From: Trichoplax sp. H2
Taxonomy: Eukaryota
Length of the DNA: 64,000 nt
Assembly: GCA_003344405.1 (NCBI GenBank)
Contig: NOWV01000019.1
Location: 248,001-312,000, forward strand
Direction: 5' to 3'
Shown here: positions 44,195 through 58,200 of the stretch, piece after piece
Layout: each line of letters begins with the position of its first letter
How positions within the stretch are numbered: position 1 is the stretch's first letter
Made by a program: the position numbers and the translations under genes
Notes under the pieces: model-generated
What the model was told of the DNA's origin: nothing
The model's input: only the letters and a program-made list of their open reading frames with translations
Database searches by the model: none

Positions 44195-46257
44195 ATGTCT
44201 TGCTCTAGTCAAGCGGATGCTGATGATTCCTCTGAAAAGCAAGCCATCCAAGATACAGATCCAAAGCCACTTCAGCCATCAACTTCTCAAACTGGTCAGG
44301 AATTAACTAAAAACCAAATAAAGAAAATAGCGAGAAGGCAAAGACTGCTAGAGAAAGTAAAATCCAATAGGTAAAGTTTGATAGCAGATTACGCACTTTA
44401 CTCATGTTTGTATGCTTGCATTGCTTGCTCTCTACTGTACATTCTCGTAAAGTAATGAGAGTAGCATGCAATCGTGCTGTTCTTATAAACAAACTTAGTA
44501 ATATTGAAATTCCTTTCGCCCTATCCTAGCGTAAGGAATACTGCTATTTACCGATACATCTATCCGTTTATTATATTTTATACCTATGCACTGTATAGTA
44601 TATCTGTTAATAAATAAAAAATGAAATCCAATGTGTATCATTCGTATATATTCAAAATCTTAATATGAAATAATAGTAATATTTGGTATTATAGAAAGCA
44701 GGAAAGGATAAAAAGAAAAGAACGAAGACGTCTTCGCATAGCAAATGGTGGTATGTATATATATGTGTATATCCTTACGACTGTACGAGCATATGTATCT
44801 TTAAATCTAATACAGTATAATATTTGATTTGCAAAGCAGCATCTTGAGTGATACTTGTACGTATTCAAATGTACGCTAGTTCTCACGTTTGGATATAGGT
44901 TATATAATAATTTTGTTTAAAACGTAATCTCTTGTTCAACAGATGTGCAACCTAGGGCTATCAAATCTATGAGTAGTAAATGTGCAAGCAACATTCGTGT
45001 GGCCATTGATATGAGCTTTGATCATCTAATGACGGATGGGGTTAGTCTTGGTGCAAGATGTTTATGAATACAGTACGCGTATCATTATACTCGTCTATAA
45101 TATACCATTAGTGTTTAAAAGCCTCTACAACGTTTGCTGAAATTACAGGACATTGCAAAATTACTAAAGCAGCTACAACGTTGCTATGCTGAAAATAGAC
45201 GAGCTGAACACGCTTTACAGGTAAAAATTTTTATTGCTTGTAAACCATCAACGCCTATTCTGAAAGATTCTGCAGAATTAAATGTGAATTCTACTACGTA
45301 ATATCAAAGTTACTAGCTTTGCAATGACTTATTACGGTATTTCATGTGGCTTTGGTAGTTTTATATAACCGGTTTAGGTGGTAGATCTGAGCAGAGGTTC
45401 AAAGACGCTGTTAGTGGATACGACAAATGGGATGTGAGTTATACTTTCACAGTATACTGTTTAGATACTGTTTTGTTTTATACTGGCCTAAATAACTATT
45501 ATCATAGGTTTACAGAAAATCGGAGTCATTCTTAGACATATTTAAGAAGGAAGAAATAGTATATTTAACGTCGGATTCATCCAATGTCTTAAAAGGTCTT
45601 GTGTGATAATGTTCATGCAGTTTTACTCCGATAGTATACAGTAAATGAAAATTTAATTTTTTAATCGTACCGGTGAGTACTTAATGCACGATTTATTTGA
45701 TCAACAATCATAACTTTGCCTTGTTATCATAGATCTGGATCCAAACTCTGTGTATATAATTGGAGGACTAGTTGACCATAATTTCCATAAGGTTACCTTC
45801 TGTACTATTATAAGATAGTAAATCTACAAAATGTAACTATGTGTCGCAATTCGCTCACTGATCGATTAATTACAAATGAATGGCATATTTATCATATAAA
45901 TTCTTGCAATAAATCATGATCAATTCACCATTATATTAAATAATAACGGACTTGTATTGAATTCACATCGTAAAGGGAATTTGCATGAAATTAGCTAACA
46001 AGTATGGCATTAAACATGCTCAATTACCTATAAAGAAATATATAAATTTGGCATCAAGGAGCGTCCTTTGTGTAAATCACGGTATAGCGAAAGATATTTG
46101 CGTTTAGCTTTTTATAGTTGAACCCTAATTTAAATGCAATCCTAATGTATCTTTTTTTATTAACGTAGTGTTTGAAATACTGCTGGCATATGCTGAATGC
46201 AAGAATTGGGCAAGCTCGCTAGAAAAAGTTATCCCACATCGGAAACGAATCAAATAG
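44195..46257 (+). CDS. TRMT10A: tRNA (guanine-N1) methyltransferase Trm10 homolog A, multi-exon
   Basis: LTKNQIKK, VAIDMSFDHLM, LLKQLQRCYAENRRA, IVYLTSDSSNVL, VYIIGGLVDHNFHKG, HAQLPI, VLCVNHVFEILL and W...LEKVIPHRK; stop TAG at 46255-46257. Confidence 0.95.
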
Positions 46258-48873
46258 AGAGAACGATTTATAAAACCTATTTTATGTAGCAAAATTATTT
46301 TTAATTTGCTCAATATTTTCAATCTATGTACCATAAATTTTTTTATAGCTTAATAAGCAGTAATTTTGCATGTGTCATTTGCGGAATGTTCTGCAGCTAT
46401 CCTTAAAAAAAATCCATACTAAGAAAATGTGATATTTTATCAGAACGAATATGCATCAAGTAAAGCATTGCACGACTACCGTGAGTTATCATTTAGTCAA
46501 CTATGAAGAAATCAGTCGGTACCGATCGATTTCAAAACTCATGCTATTTGAGGCTGTACCATTTATTGTATCGTTAAGTACTTGATAAAATGAGTTTTTG
46601 CTCAAAGGTGTAAGTTCCATAATGTTCAATATTTTTATTATCAGATTTACTTTAAAAAGTTCATCAATAAATAATTCGAATCAGCGGCTTGGTTATAACT
46701 GTAAAAGTTTGCAGCATTTCTGACATGGTATTATTACAACGCTCCATATATTCATGTTATTGGTGACGTTTAGATGTATAGGTTAATAATGGTAGGAATG
46801 CGTATGAAGGAAGATTTGCAGACAAGCATAATATTGTTGTAATAATTGTTTTTGTCAGACTTATCCTTATTACTAATGTAGGCTTGTTAAGTAATTCTTA
46901 CCAAATGTTGATATTAACTATGATCTTGATTAAGTACAGTATTTAAATGTTGGTTATATACGACTAGAAGGATTGCATTACAATGCCAAAATCACACGAT
47001 AGAGTAGCTTAACAGAGTAATCTTTTTTACCGGTGTATCAAACAAAATTGAAAGCCATAGATTTTTTATATCTCATTGATTATATTAATATTCTTAACGG
47101 AATTTTTAACTGTTAAGGAACCTTAATTGCCCCTAGATGGTAGTAAAATCTATTCTATTAACTTGTTGTTGTAATCTTATCTTAGTAATCTTGCTTGAAT
47201 GCTAAATTGCTAGCACTTACTATCCCTTGATGCTAGTTATATATTTATTACTAAATAATGAATTTTTTTTAATGCTATACATAGAAGGCTATAAATAAAA
47301 CGATTTTTTATTTATACCCGAGACTAGCCTGCACATGGGCATGAAGAACTTGTAAAATACTACGTGATCTGTAAAATGTTTTTGTCGTAAATGAATTTCT
47401 GTGGTCCTGATATAATTTTAGAAAGTATAAACCGATATTTAAATTTGTTAGAGGGACTACTGGAGCAGGTTTCTTTCTTGCAATATGAGTACTACGCATA
47501 TATATAGAATTCTTTGATACTTTTGGTAATCTTAAACCAAAAAGTAGAATTATAAGTATTTTATCCGGCCTATAATTTCTAAATGGATTGGTGCTTTAAA
47601 ATTATTTTGTACACACACAATATGTAATTGTAATAGGCAAAATAATTTCATTCTTATAAATACTGTAACTGTAATTCGAAATATCATATGATATACCAAT
47701 AAATCTGCATAAAAGCAGTGGCATGGATATTAGTAGCAGCATCAAGTGATATTACATCATAAATATGGTAGCACAACAAGAGAAATACAATAAATGAAAT
47801 ACATGAATAGATAAATTTATTGTCGGATAATATTGAAATCGATTTCATTTCTCTTCTAAATTAACTTTCCTATAGAATTTCCAGCCAATTAGTTAATATG
47901 TGGCGACATTGATACACCAAATGGCGAGTAGCCTGTACTCTATAAAATGATGAACCGTGTAAATATCGTATAGCGCAATTTGGACATAGTTAATAAAGAA
48001 ATTCAATTGATAGTCGTATCAGCTATAACAAGAGGATTTCAGAATCGCACTATATATCTGCGCCAGTCTATCTCATTCTACTTTGGCTTCCTCCTATAGC
48101 CTGCTTTCATTAAGATTACAAATAATTTTAAGTCGATCATTGTTGTATGGTTACAAGACCAAATTAATTTCAATAAAACTATATCGTCGAATTATAGTGT
48201 TCCTTTATTACTTTTGCGAATCAATTTTTTCCTCTTCAGATACTCTTTTTGTAGTACTAGAACAATCAGTTCGTTCTTTAAATTACTATTCAACAAATAC
48301 GTGAAAACACATATCAATTATCGAGATGGAATACTGAGTAAACCGTTTTTCGTAATTGAAATGTTTTTCTATCCCAATTTTACAAAATTAAACAGTTGAG
48401 AAAGAAATAGACCATTCCTGGATGAGGATGATGGCCATATACTATTCGCATATAATAAAAAAATAATTTAATCCTATATTGACTGAATCTCGTTTTAATT
48501 GTTTTTAATTAAGGTATTATAAAATTTTTTTCAATAAATTAATGGCAATATAAAGGATTTAATCAAAGTGTAAACTATGGCAATTTATCTATACCAAGGA
48601 CACTAGAACTTATTTATGACGAGATTTTGACAGCTTTCATTAGTTAAATATACTTAATTAAATCGATGATTTGAATTCAAGAAGAAGTCATAGAATAAAG
48701 GACCAAAATAGAAGTTTAATATCCTTTTACATAATGGTTGTATAAACTAATAAATAATCAAGAATAATTCTTATAATCATAGCAGCTATCCTGTTTCCTT
48801 AAACTAAGGTCATCCTCTTATTGTATTAAATTAAAGAATATATGGTAGTTAACGTTTGAATTCATTCTCAGCC

Positions 48874-49989
48874 TTATTTTGTACGTGTTATGATATATAA
48901 AACGAGAAATATAATTGGATTAGTTAAACCGTTCACTGTGAATAGTAGAATGGATATGGTACCAATTGGACGAGATTGTGATATATCTATAAGTTTGTTG
49001 TCTGATGTAAAAAAAATAACCCAAAATACGCTTGGTGTCCAGCATAAAATATTACTTAAGACAATTAATCCATTGCAAATAATGCTATATTCAGCATATC
49101 GATTAGAACGACGAAAGTTGGTCAAAGATGGGCTTTCTTGCTTCTGTGAATCTAATCGAGCTTTACGCAATCGTAAAGTAATTACGATATAGACAATTAG
49201 AGTAATCAAATATATAAGGGCAATATTCATGGTAATAAAAATAGCGAAACCAGCGACATTAGTATTTTGTAAATTATCAATTAAGCAAAGATTACTGTAC
49301 CAGCTAGGTAATATTGGATGTGATTGATTAAAATGACGATGAGAATAATACGAGATAGGTTCCGAAGTAGCCGTATTAATGACAATGATACAAGTAGCGC
49401 AACCCCAACCGATGGCAAGTAGCCAAATGCCGAAACAAATCATTAGGCCACCTTTGAAAGTTGAACGACGATTTAATTTGAGTGGATAAAGAAGGAGAAT
49501 TAAACGATCGGCAGTAATGGCCAATGTGAAACAAGCAGAAGCTAAACACCCTGCAATAGCAATAAACCGTAAAAAGTGGCAGAGACGACTTTGGCTCCAT
49601 CTTGATGGTCGATCATTCCAAACTGTAATGCATCCATTATAACTACCATTGCATTGCGTAATTTCATCTACCGTCAAGATAGAAATGTCACAAATAGCCA
49701 ATATAGTAATATACAAACATGAGAAGATATCAGCTAGACTTAAATTAAAAAAAAATAATGATGCTACTCGGCTTAATTTACGGTCTTTTTTCTTTACGAG
49801 TATAAATGCATAACTGAGATTTCTACGTTTTGAACTTGTATGAGTAGCATGATTAATTCTAACCGATGGTCGTATGTATTTCCATGTCATCTTAATAACA
49901 CCAATATTAGCTAGTAGACCAAGTGGTCCGCATAACCATGCAATAATTTTAGCAGTCAATACACGATTAAAAACATAAAGACTGATCAT
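48874..49989 (-). CDS. Single-exon rhodopsin-family (class A) GPCR with an LGR/RXFP-like 7TM region
   Basis: 371-aa ORF with seven hydrophobic segments: GLLAN (TM1), NLSLAD (TM2), W..S.LC (ECL1/TM3), ITADR, CWTP (TM6) and NGLTNPIIF (TM7). Confidence 0.88.
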   Translation of the reverse strand: MISLYVFNRVLTAKIIAWLCGPLGLLANIGVIKMTWKYIRPSVRINHATHTSSKRRNLSYAFILVKKKDRKLSRVASLFFFNLSLADIFSCLYITILAICDISILTVDEITQCNGSYNGCITVWNDRPSRWSQSRLCHFLRFIAIAGCLASACFTLAITADRLILLLYPLKLNRRSTFKGGLMICFGIWLLAIGWGCATCIIVINTATSEPISYYSHRHFNQSHPILPSWYSNLCLIDNLQNTNVAGFAIFITMNIALIYLITLIVYIVITLRLRKARLDSQKQESPSLTNFRRSNRYAEYSIICNGLIVLSNILCWTPSVFWVIFFTSDNKLIDISQSRPIGTISILLFTVNGLTNPIIFLVLYIITRTK

Positions 49990-52900
49990 GCTTTTACTTT
50001 CGAAATTAGTACGCAGTCGATGAAAGGGCGAAAATTGAGCATAGATTGATCGAAGCTATCTTGAGACAGATTATTCCCCAATTCTTAGTATGGCCATCCG
50101 TAAATGCAATCGATAATGGATATGAAACTCAATCTAGATTGTCGATATCACCTTTAAGTCATGATATTGAAGTTGAATATACTTTAGAAATTATAAATCT
50201 AGTTATATCTTTTTCTTTCGACAATTTATCTTTCGCCTGCGATAAAATTTTAAATATGTAAAAATCAGATAAATTTCATGGATATCAAAGTAATTTATAA
50301 TAGTAAGACATAATAGATCACAATTGAAGATCAAGTTGTTTTGATATAAAAATAAAAGGCCGATGCCAATGTAAATCATTGATGAATAGAAAACAGCGGT
50401 AATTGTAAAATATGCTGTTCTAATAGCGTGTGGGCCAACAGATATATTATTGAGTTAACTTTTGTTTGTCTTTAAGTTATTCATTGAAATATAAGCCTAT
50501 TCGTCTTACTCCTTTACCTAATTTGCAAACTTGCCTATTTGCGCGTAGACAGCAAGAATGACTTCAGGTAATAAATCTTTTGATAGCATGACGTAAAGGA
50601 ATAAAGCTGAATTCGGAATCAATTGTTGCTCTGTAAAATGTTGTGATAATAAGTTGATAAATGATATCTTGAACCGAAAATTAATTTAGTACGGAGGAAT
50701 AAATCAAGTCATTTATCTTCATTCCCTACTCTTGAATTAAACGAAAAGAATTGAATTGACTTGAAATTTTACCGGACGATTTTATATTTATTATTCTAAA
50801 TCTTTAACGCGCCTTAAATCTTGAATACCACGGTAGCCGACGTTAATATCGTCTATTATTTCTATTTTGAATAGAAATCAACAATGATTGTTATAAATCT
50901 GTCCTAGGTACGGGTGAATGGAAAAACGTTGCAGCTTAATTTGGTTGATAGTGTTGACATATTTTGCTTTGATTATTTATAATTATAAGAGGGTCATGTT
51001 CAAAAGACAAATCACTTCTTTATAGTTACGTTTTCAATCAAGTCTGGTGCAGTATCCATATTCAATGCCTACCGATTTGCTTACTTTGATCCTTTATTAT
51101 AATAGAATAACCCTTAGGTTTTAATTAATTGTGGAATTTTTTCTTTTTTATGGTGTTCCAGATAGATTATTAACCATTGATAAATATTACCGAAGAATAA
51201 GCGTCATCTACTCTACAGACAATAGTGTCTATTTTATATTCTATTGAGTGATGAGCACATAAGAGTGATTGAATAATATTTCTAATAGAGATATTAGATT
51301 ATATGCTATCATCAATATGGCTTATAGAAATTTAATAATATAGATAAAAAAAGCTTAATTTAATAAAAGCAATATGGAAAATGGATAAGAAAGTGGTGTG
51401 AATGATATTAAATAATATAAAAATCGACATTTTGGAGGAAAATTTTTAATCATTCACAATCTGCAATGGTTATGATAGATTTGCTTGTACTCTATATGTT
51501 ATCATTATACGTGTATGATTAAATTACGCCATTCCTCCGATATCAATACCAATAAAAATTTTAAATGCTGATTAATTTAAATAAATATCAGAAAAAGACC
51601 ATTTATAAATTAAATAAATTCATCTTCCTTTTGTGTTGTGATACTGACTATATTATCACGATTCACAGATTTGCTTTGTTGATCCAGTTTGATAATATAC
51701 GATAAGTAGTTTTTTCGCAAATTGTAAATTTATATCAATTTTGAATTTACGTTTGAGGATAGTCACGTTGACTATGACTAATACTGTATTGATGGCCACG
51801 TTTCAGAACAAAAAGGGGTAAAACAAGATCAGTTTTTAACCAAACAATAGCACCACCAACAATAGTACCATAAGGAAGCTTAGAATAATTCCGAGAACAT
51901 GGATCAGTGTAGGGTCAATCAATTCATGGAAACGTACTATCCCTAGATTGCTATCTATGGAACTTAAATATTAAACAGCTAATTTGGTTTTAGAACAAGA
52001 GGTTCGTCGCTAAACTTGTCAATATTGATAATATATCATGATTAATTTTTGTTTACTAGGAATGGAACAAGGGGATATTACTATTTTCAAGGTGAACTAC
52101 AATAAATAAAGGATGAAATTGAGAAGTATAAAATGTATGCAGTAATAATTAAATGAGATAGACTACGAGCTAAATGATTGAAAGTCAAATTTAATTTATA
52201 CTAAAAGTATTAATATTGCTTTGGATTATTTAGTAATAGTAAAAGTTATTTAGACTAAGTATTACTTCCGCCTAATTTTGTTAAAAATTTAGCGAAAAAT
52301 ATTATAAGCAGCTGATCGAGTTATTGCTTAACTTAAAATTGTTTTTATATAATTTTTTATAGTCAATTTTCAATGTTAGCTAAAATAGCGTGCTTAATGT
52401 GGGATTGATTTACGAAGCACGTCTATCCACTTTGATAGAGATATTATCACTTAATTATTTATTTTTTGCATCAGCAATTATTCAAGGATGAGGTGATTTA
52501 AAACTGCAGCATTAAAGAGATAGTAATAAAAGACTTTAATCTAAAATGTCAGATTTATTGAATTTTAGACAAGCTTAAATACGTACTGGTACAGGTCATC
52601 AAGAATCGACTGCAAAAAGGTCTCAATTTTTTAGGCTAATTATGTGTAGATTTCAATGTAAAGACGGATTTTATTTATTTATTTTGAGTTATGTTTAAAT
52701 ATAAATCGTTAAAGAATTAATTACATGAAGATTTCAATCTAATAATATGAGATTCATTGAATTTTAAAACAGGCTGAAATACAGAGTATTAGAGAATTAA
52801 GCGCATGAAATTTTAAGCCTATCGTCGATCACCCATCCAATGCAACTTTTTGTATTTTGATAGTTGATAACATGACGACAATGTCTTATTACGCAATTGA

Positions 52901-54040
52901 TCATCTTATAAAGTTATTGCTTCCTGAAAGATAAAAGGATGCGATCTTGACTCCGTTGAATAGGATGTTATTACTAGTGTAACTTATTTCACTAGTATTG
53001 TACATAATATTTACATATGTTTTCAAGTTTATTAGAGCATATTTTTCTTGTCTTCCACGCATTTCTTTGTTATTTTATATCTAAAATTTATGAACTTGTT
53101 TTGAATAGTATTTGTTATAAGCGTCAGTTGAAAAGATGGCAATGAGAGCTACTGAATAAAATAATGATAACGTCTAACTTTTTTGCTTAGTTAAAGGTAC
53201 AGTAGTAACTGCTATATATTAATTTTACTTAAACCACGCTTTACTATACATTTCAGCATTTGCCATATCTAATAGAAATTTTACACAAAGATACCTAAAG
53301 ACAAATGGGTAATCTTTTATATTTGTGACACAAAGTAGAGCACATTGACGAAGAGAATTTCTAGCCTATCAGGTTGTCTCTTAAAAATAGTCGATATATT
53401 AACTAGTTATATCGGTAAAAAGTTGGCTGTCATCGAATAAAGAAATGAAAATTCATGGAGTGCTGCTATTACTATACCTGCATTGAGCATTAATTAATGT
53501 ATTCAAAACAGAATATAAAAATGCCTGTAATTCCTTTAATAAAGCTGCAATAGATATCATGACTTTTATCTTGTTGATGGCTTTTTTTATTGCTAAATAA
53601 TTTCGAAGGTTGTAAATAAGAATAAAACTAATGAAATTTATTTGCTATTAGCCATGCCAGCGGAGCTGATCAATCAATTATTCCAATATATATCCTAATC
53701 TAATTTAACTGTAAAATTTTCTTTCAACGGTATAAAGCAATTAACAAGGTTTAAACTTAATAGTAGCAGATTCAATTTCTGAACGAAGTTTTTTATCGTA
53801 AGAATTAGTACGGTATAATTGAATTTAATAAGTAGTATAAGAACCTGTTTAATTAAGGCTATGCTTTCAATTCGTTTTCTATTTGCTGTCTAAATTTTAT
53901 TATTTTATCAATTAGAAATTATTCTTTACACTCTATCAGGTTTTCGGTCGACAGTTTATGACGGAAGATAACATATTTACCTAGGAGATAAGTCATTTTG
54001 AGAGAAAGTAGTGTCTGTACGCTATTAGAAATCATCAAAA

Positions 54041-54260
54041 GAATGTGATAGGATGATAAAGCGAACAAAATAAATCAATTTTTACGACTTTTAGAATAAT
54101 TCCTTGTGTTTAGAACAACGGTAATTACTACATATTTTTGTGGCCCTCTGTATCAACAGATGAAATGTGATAGGATGGTAAAGAGAAGAAAATAATTAAT
54201 TTTTATAACTTTAGAATAATTTATTGTATTTAGATCACCGATAATTACTATACATTCTTG
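54041..54260. repeat. Degenerate tandem duplication, about 121 bp
   Basis: AATGTGATAGGATG.TAAAG.GAA.AAAATAA...TTTAGAATAATT..TTGT.TTTAGA.CA.CG.TAATTACTA occurs twice (about 54042 and 54164). Confidence 0.85.
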
Positions 54261-55202
54261 AGATTCATTATATCAACTTAACTTGGTCCGAATAGTCAAA
54301 GTAGCCAAAATTAATTTTATTGATCAATTTTATGCTGTTTATTGCATGTAGAGCACTGGTAATAAATATATTGCAGGAAATCAAATGCTCAGTTTTACGA
54401 CGTGATCAATATATTCAATCTATCTTCATAAATAACAGCACTATATCGGCTTTCAGATAATAAATTTTCACCTCCTACTTTGGTTTTAGTCGCTGTAAAG
54501 TGACAATATGATTGTTTTATAGATTATACACTAACTGGCTATTTTTACACAGTTGATGGCAATATCGTGTATCATGTTCATATACACTATTCTAACATAT
54601 TTAGTATAACGAACAAGAAAATTTTAAACTAATTTCTATTGTAGCTTTGTCTATATCGACGGATGCCATGCCGTTTTCTACATTCATAACCTCAAGCATT
54701 GTATAGCATTTGCAGAATTAAAGTTGATATAATAATAAAGTCTAGGTCTACAGCATATATAAAATTGATATACACATATCCAGTAAACGGAAGCCTGGAA
54801 GAATAATGAAAATAATTAATGCTGAAAATTTCAGTGTTAAATATACAAAATTTCTGCATAAATTTATCATCACCCCATATGATACCATATGGTGGTAAAC
54901 TAAATTTATAACTTGGATGAGATCACCAGGATAGCATCACGCTTGCGTTGTTAACTTCTATGTATAGATATGGTATAAATACCGAATCAGTTACGTAGCC
55001 ATCTGCAAGGACGCTAATCTGAAGGCTAATAGAAAATATCAGATCGCTTACGTAGCCAATTATAGTTCAAGGACACCAAACTGACTGAGGGTAGCAATAG
55101 AATAAACTTTCAGTTTTAATATATAATATCGATATAGTGGAGAAATTATCGGGTATGTCGAAAAGTTAAAAATTTTAAACAAGTATTATCAGCTTACTCG
55201 CT

Positions 55203-58200
55203 ATGTCAGACCCTCAATATTTAAGATTTGGAGATCAGATTGCCCTATATTGCCAAGACTCTCGCGGTTATGTATTTTCTCAGCTAACTTGGTAAGAACG
55301 CTGCTACTTCATATAACGAAGTGCTAGACTACAGTATTGTTGATGGATACATAATTTTGAACTTATATAATAGCTAAAAATTCATTTGGCATTCTTCCTT
55401 CCATTTTGAATCAATTATTTATTTCTTTTAATGTACCGTGAACCAAATATCATGGATGTTAATAATAAATTCTAACTAGAAAGCACTTCCTAACTATCAA
55501 TGTCATTGTGTTTTCATTCCTAATTAATATCTTTAGTTTATGTATTGATCGAATTATTACATTTCATTATCCAATACTGTACGTTGTGTAAGGCAGCAAT
55601 CTAATTACAACAAGAATGAGATATCTAACGAAATCTATCAAATTTTACATTAATTTTGAACCGTATTTTTAGTTCCCAACATTCTCGAATCGCAATCGGT
55701 GCTAACGATAGACAAGGCCAGAATGTACCTGATTTAAAATGTAAGTATGCTCATAGATATGGTATAAATCACTGAGAAATTTTTAAAAGTTTTGATTGAT
55801 TATTAGAATTAAATGTATTCGAATTTTGCCAGCAGTAATATCATACTAAGATATGCTTTTTATACTATTAAGACTACATCTCTTTCGAAATTGATATTAT
55901 GGCCTTTTGCTACTTGTTGCGTTCTTCAATTCCATTACAAATAAACAGATCGCTATAAAACTACCATTAAATTATATGACATCTTCTTTGATTATATATA
56001 ATTAATTCAATAGGATCTACTTTGATTTAGATCATTTACTATTCTGCTTATGGCTAGATATGAAGGCTATATGTAGCTCGTGATGGTTATCATAATGATC
56101 TGTTACTTATTATGATGTCTAATCATATTACTGTAGAGATAAACTACCATACAGTTTTATTACTATCTTACTAAATGCTTTAACTTGGTTGTAATACTCA
56201 TATACTGATTATACTAGAGCATAATAAGTTACATTGTAGAAGCATATTTTGATAAATTAATATATTGATTACATAATATGAAGGTGCCTTGTTTCAACCT
56301 TTGCCACCAACTCGATTCAAGGCACAAGATAGATTAGCTGAGCTAAAATCGAGGTAACCTTGATCATGATCACGTATTCAATTGATTGCAGTCAGAGTCA
56401 GACAGATCGTAGATTTTATACTTGCAATATATTTAGCAACTAGTTTCATATAAACTATTGCAGTTATTCAAAGCTTGAAGCTAACCACAGTGTATCTTTG
56501 GCATTTAACAAAATTATGCTTTTTAAGACTATATAAATAGTACATATAATTCTATAACTTTACCGAAATAACATCGACGAGTTACTAATTTAAATTGCAC
56601 TTATATTTCAGATTTAACAATCAAAGTGGATTAGGTGTAAAGGATGTTGAAGAGTTAGAAGACGCTGAGGTTAGACATGTTTCATAAAATGTTTTCGCTA
56701 TTCAACTTTAGTTATTGCCATTATTAATCGTAGCAGTTTTTAGATTTTAATTGAAATAGCATTATGACTGATATCGCTTACAGGAAGCTGCAGTATCTGA
56801 AATAGAGGAAAATCGAAATGAATCTAAAAATCTAGCTGCAAGTATTCTGGTCTATGGTCAAATTATCCAGGTAGCATCTGCAGTAGCTGATCCCTAAAAT
56901 TTAGCTGTAATATTGGATTTTGATTATAATTTTCGGATTTGACAACAGTTTTATTATGCTACATAAAGAGTTTTCTCATACAATTAAAATGACCAATAAC
57001 GTAAAAATGAATTTGGTGATTAATTACAAATAACAACCACATCATGTAGTATAAACGGACTATAATTCTGCATTCTAAAATCAAGAATTCGCGTAATCGA
57101 GTAACTGTAATTCATTCATTTTTTAAATTAATTTTAAGATTATGCTCATGGTGCACATATAATCTTATAGCACTCAAATAGAATCAAATCGATGATAAAT
57201 CTAAAGCCATATCTTACTGAGTGCCTTCTCTTTCATAGTTATTTCATATATTTACAGCAAGATTTGTGGGAATCGATCCAAACACCCCTTCTTGTGTAGA
57301 AAGGTTAAATAAGAAGGTAGGCGTAGATAACATTTCGAAGATTGTTGTAATTTGTCGTGAAATTTCGTCGGCAAGCTCTGATTTTAATCGAATTATACCG
57401 TACACCTATGTCTTAAATGCAAGTATATGAAATAGATTAATTAAAATTTTCATTTGATGAAAGGTAAAATTATTTCAAACAAGCAATAGCCAATCTCTGT
57501 TTAAAATTGTACCAAGATCGAAAGTCAAACTGAACGGCGATAAGGTAGATAAAATCTGTAGCTCTCTATCCATGATGGAATGATTGTTATGCTAGTAAAG
57601 AATTAGCTTCGCATAAAGATAAATCATTCTGACCAGTCGTATAAATCTTGTAGTCAAAATATGCCTCAAAAATTAGATTGGGTATTAGCTTACAACAGAA
57701 TAAGGTGGATAACTGAAGACTATTTTGTAGCTATACTAATATAGCGTATTTTATTGTAGATATCTTTAAATGATCATGTCATCTTCGAAAGCATTGCATA
57801 TCCCGATTATTACCTACATTGTAGCCGGGGAACATACGGTTACAATGAAATCGAGAGAGGAAGGTTAGTATCAGATTACAATTAGGATATTTTAATTGAT
57901 TTGGCATTCTTTACTGTAGATGATTATATGATTATATGAACTTGTAATTCTTTTCTCTATCTTTAAAAAGCTATGAATTAGATCTTTCTGTTTTAAAAAC
58001 TGAATATACCCTTGGGCTTCATTTTCGACCATCCCTCTATCCGGAACACGATCAGTTTATAAAGGTATCTCTAAGCTTGAAGGTTATTGTAGTGAGTGGG
58101 CTTGTAGTAAAAATTAAATAAAAATTATGGACACCTTGCTTCTATCCCTCTAAATGGTAAAAACGGATAAAAGCCTAATATAGGAAGGATACACAAGTAT

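Noticed and set aside
48890-49192. 100-aa + strand ORF, and similar short ORFs such as 4040-4381, 28790-28972 and 39064-40150
   Set aside because: These are antisense shadows of real genes or ORFs in promoter/low-complexity sequence, with no independent coding evidence.
50300-55200. 5-kb gene-free AT-rich region searched for hidden exons or RNA genes
   Set aside because: Only short degenerate duplications were seen; no tRNA, rRNA or coding signal that I can support.
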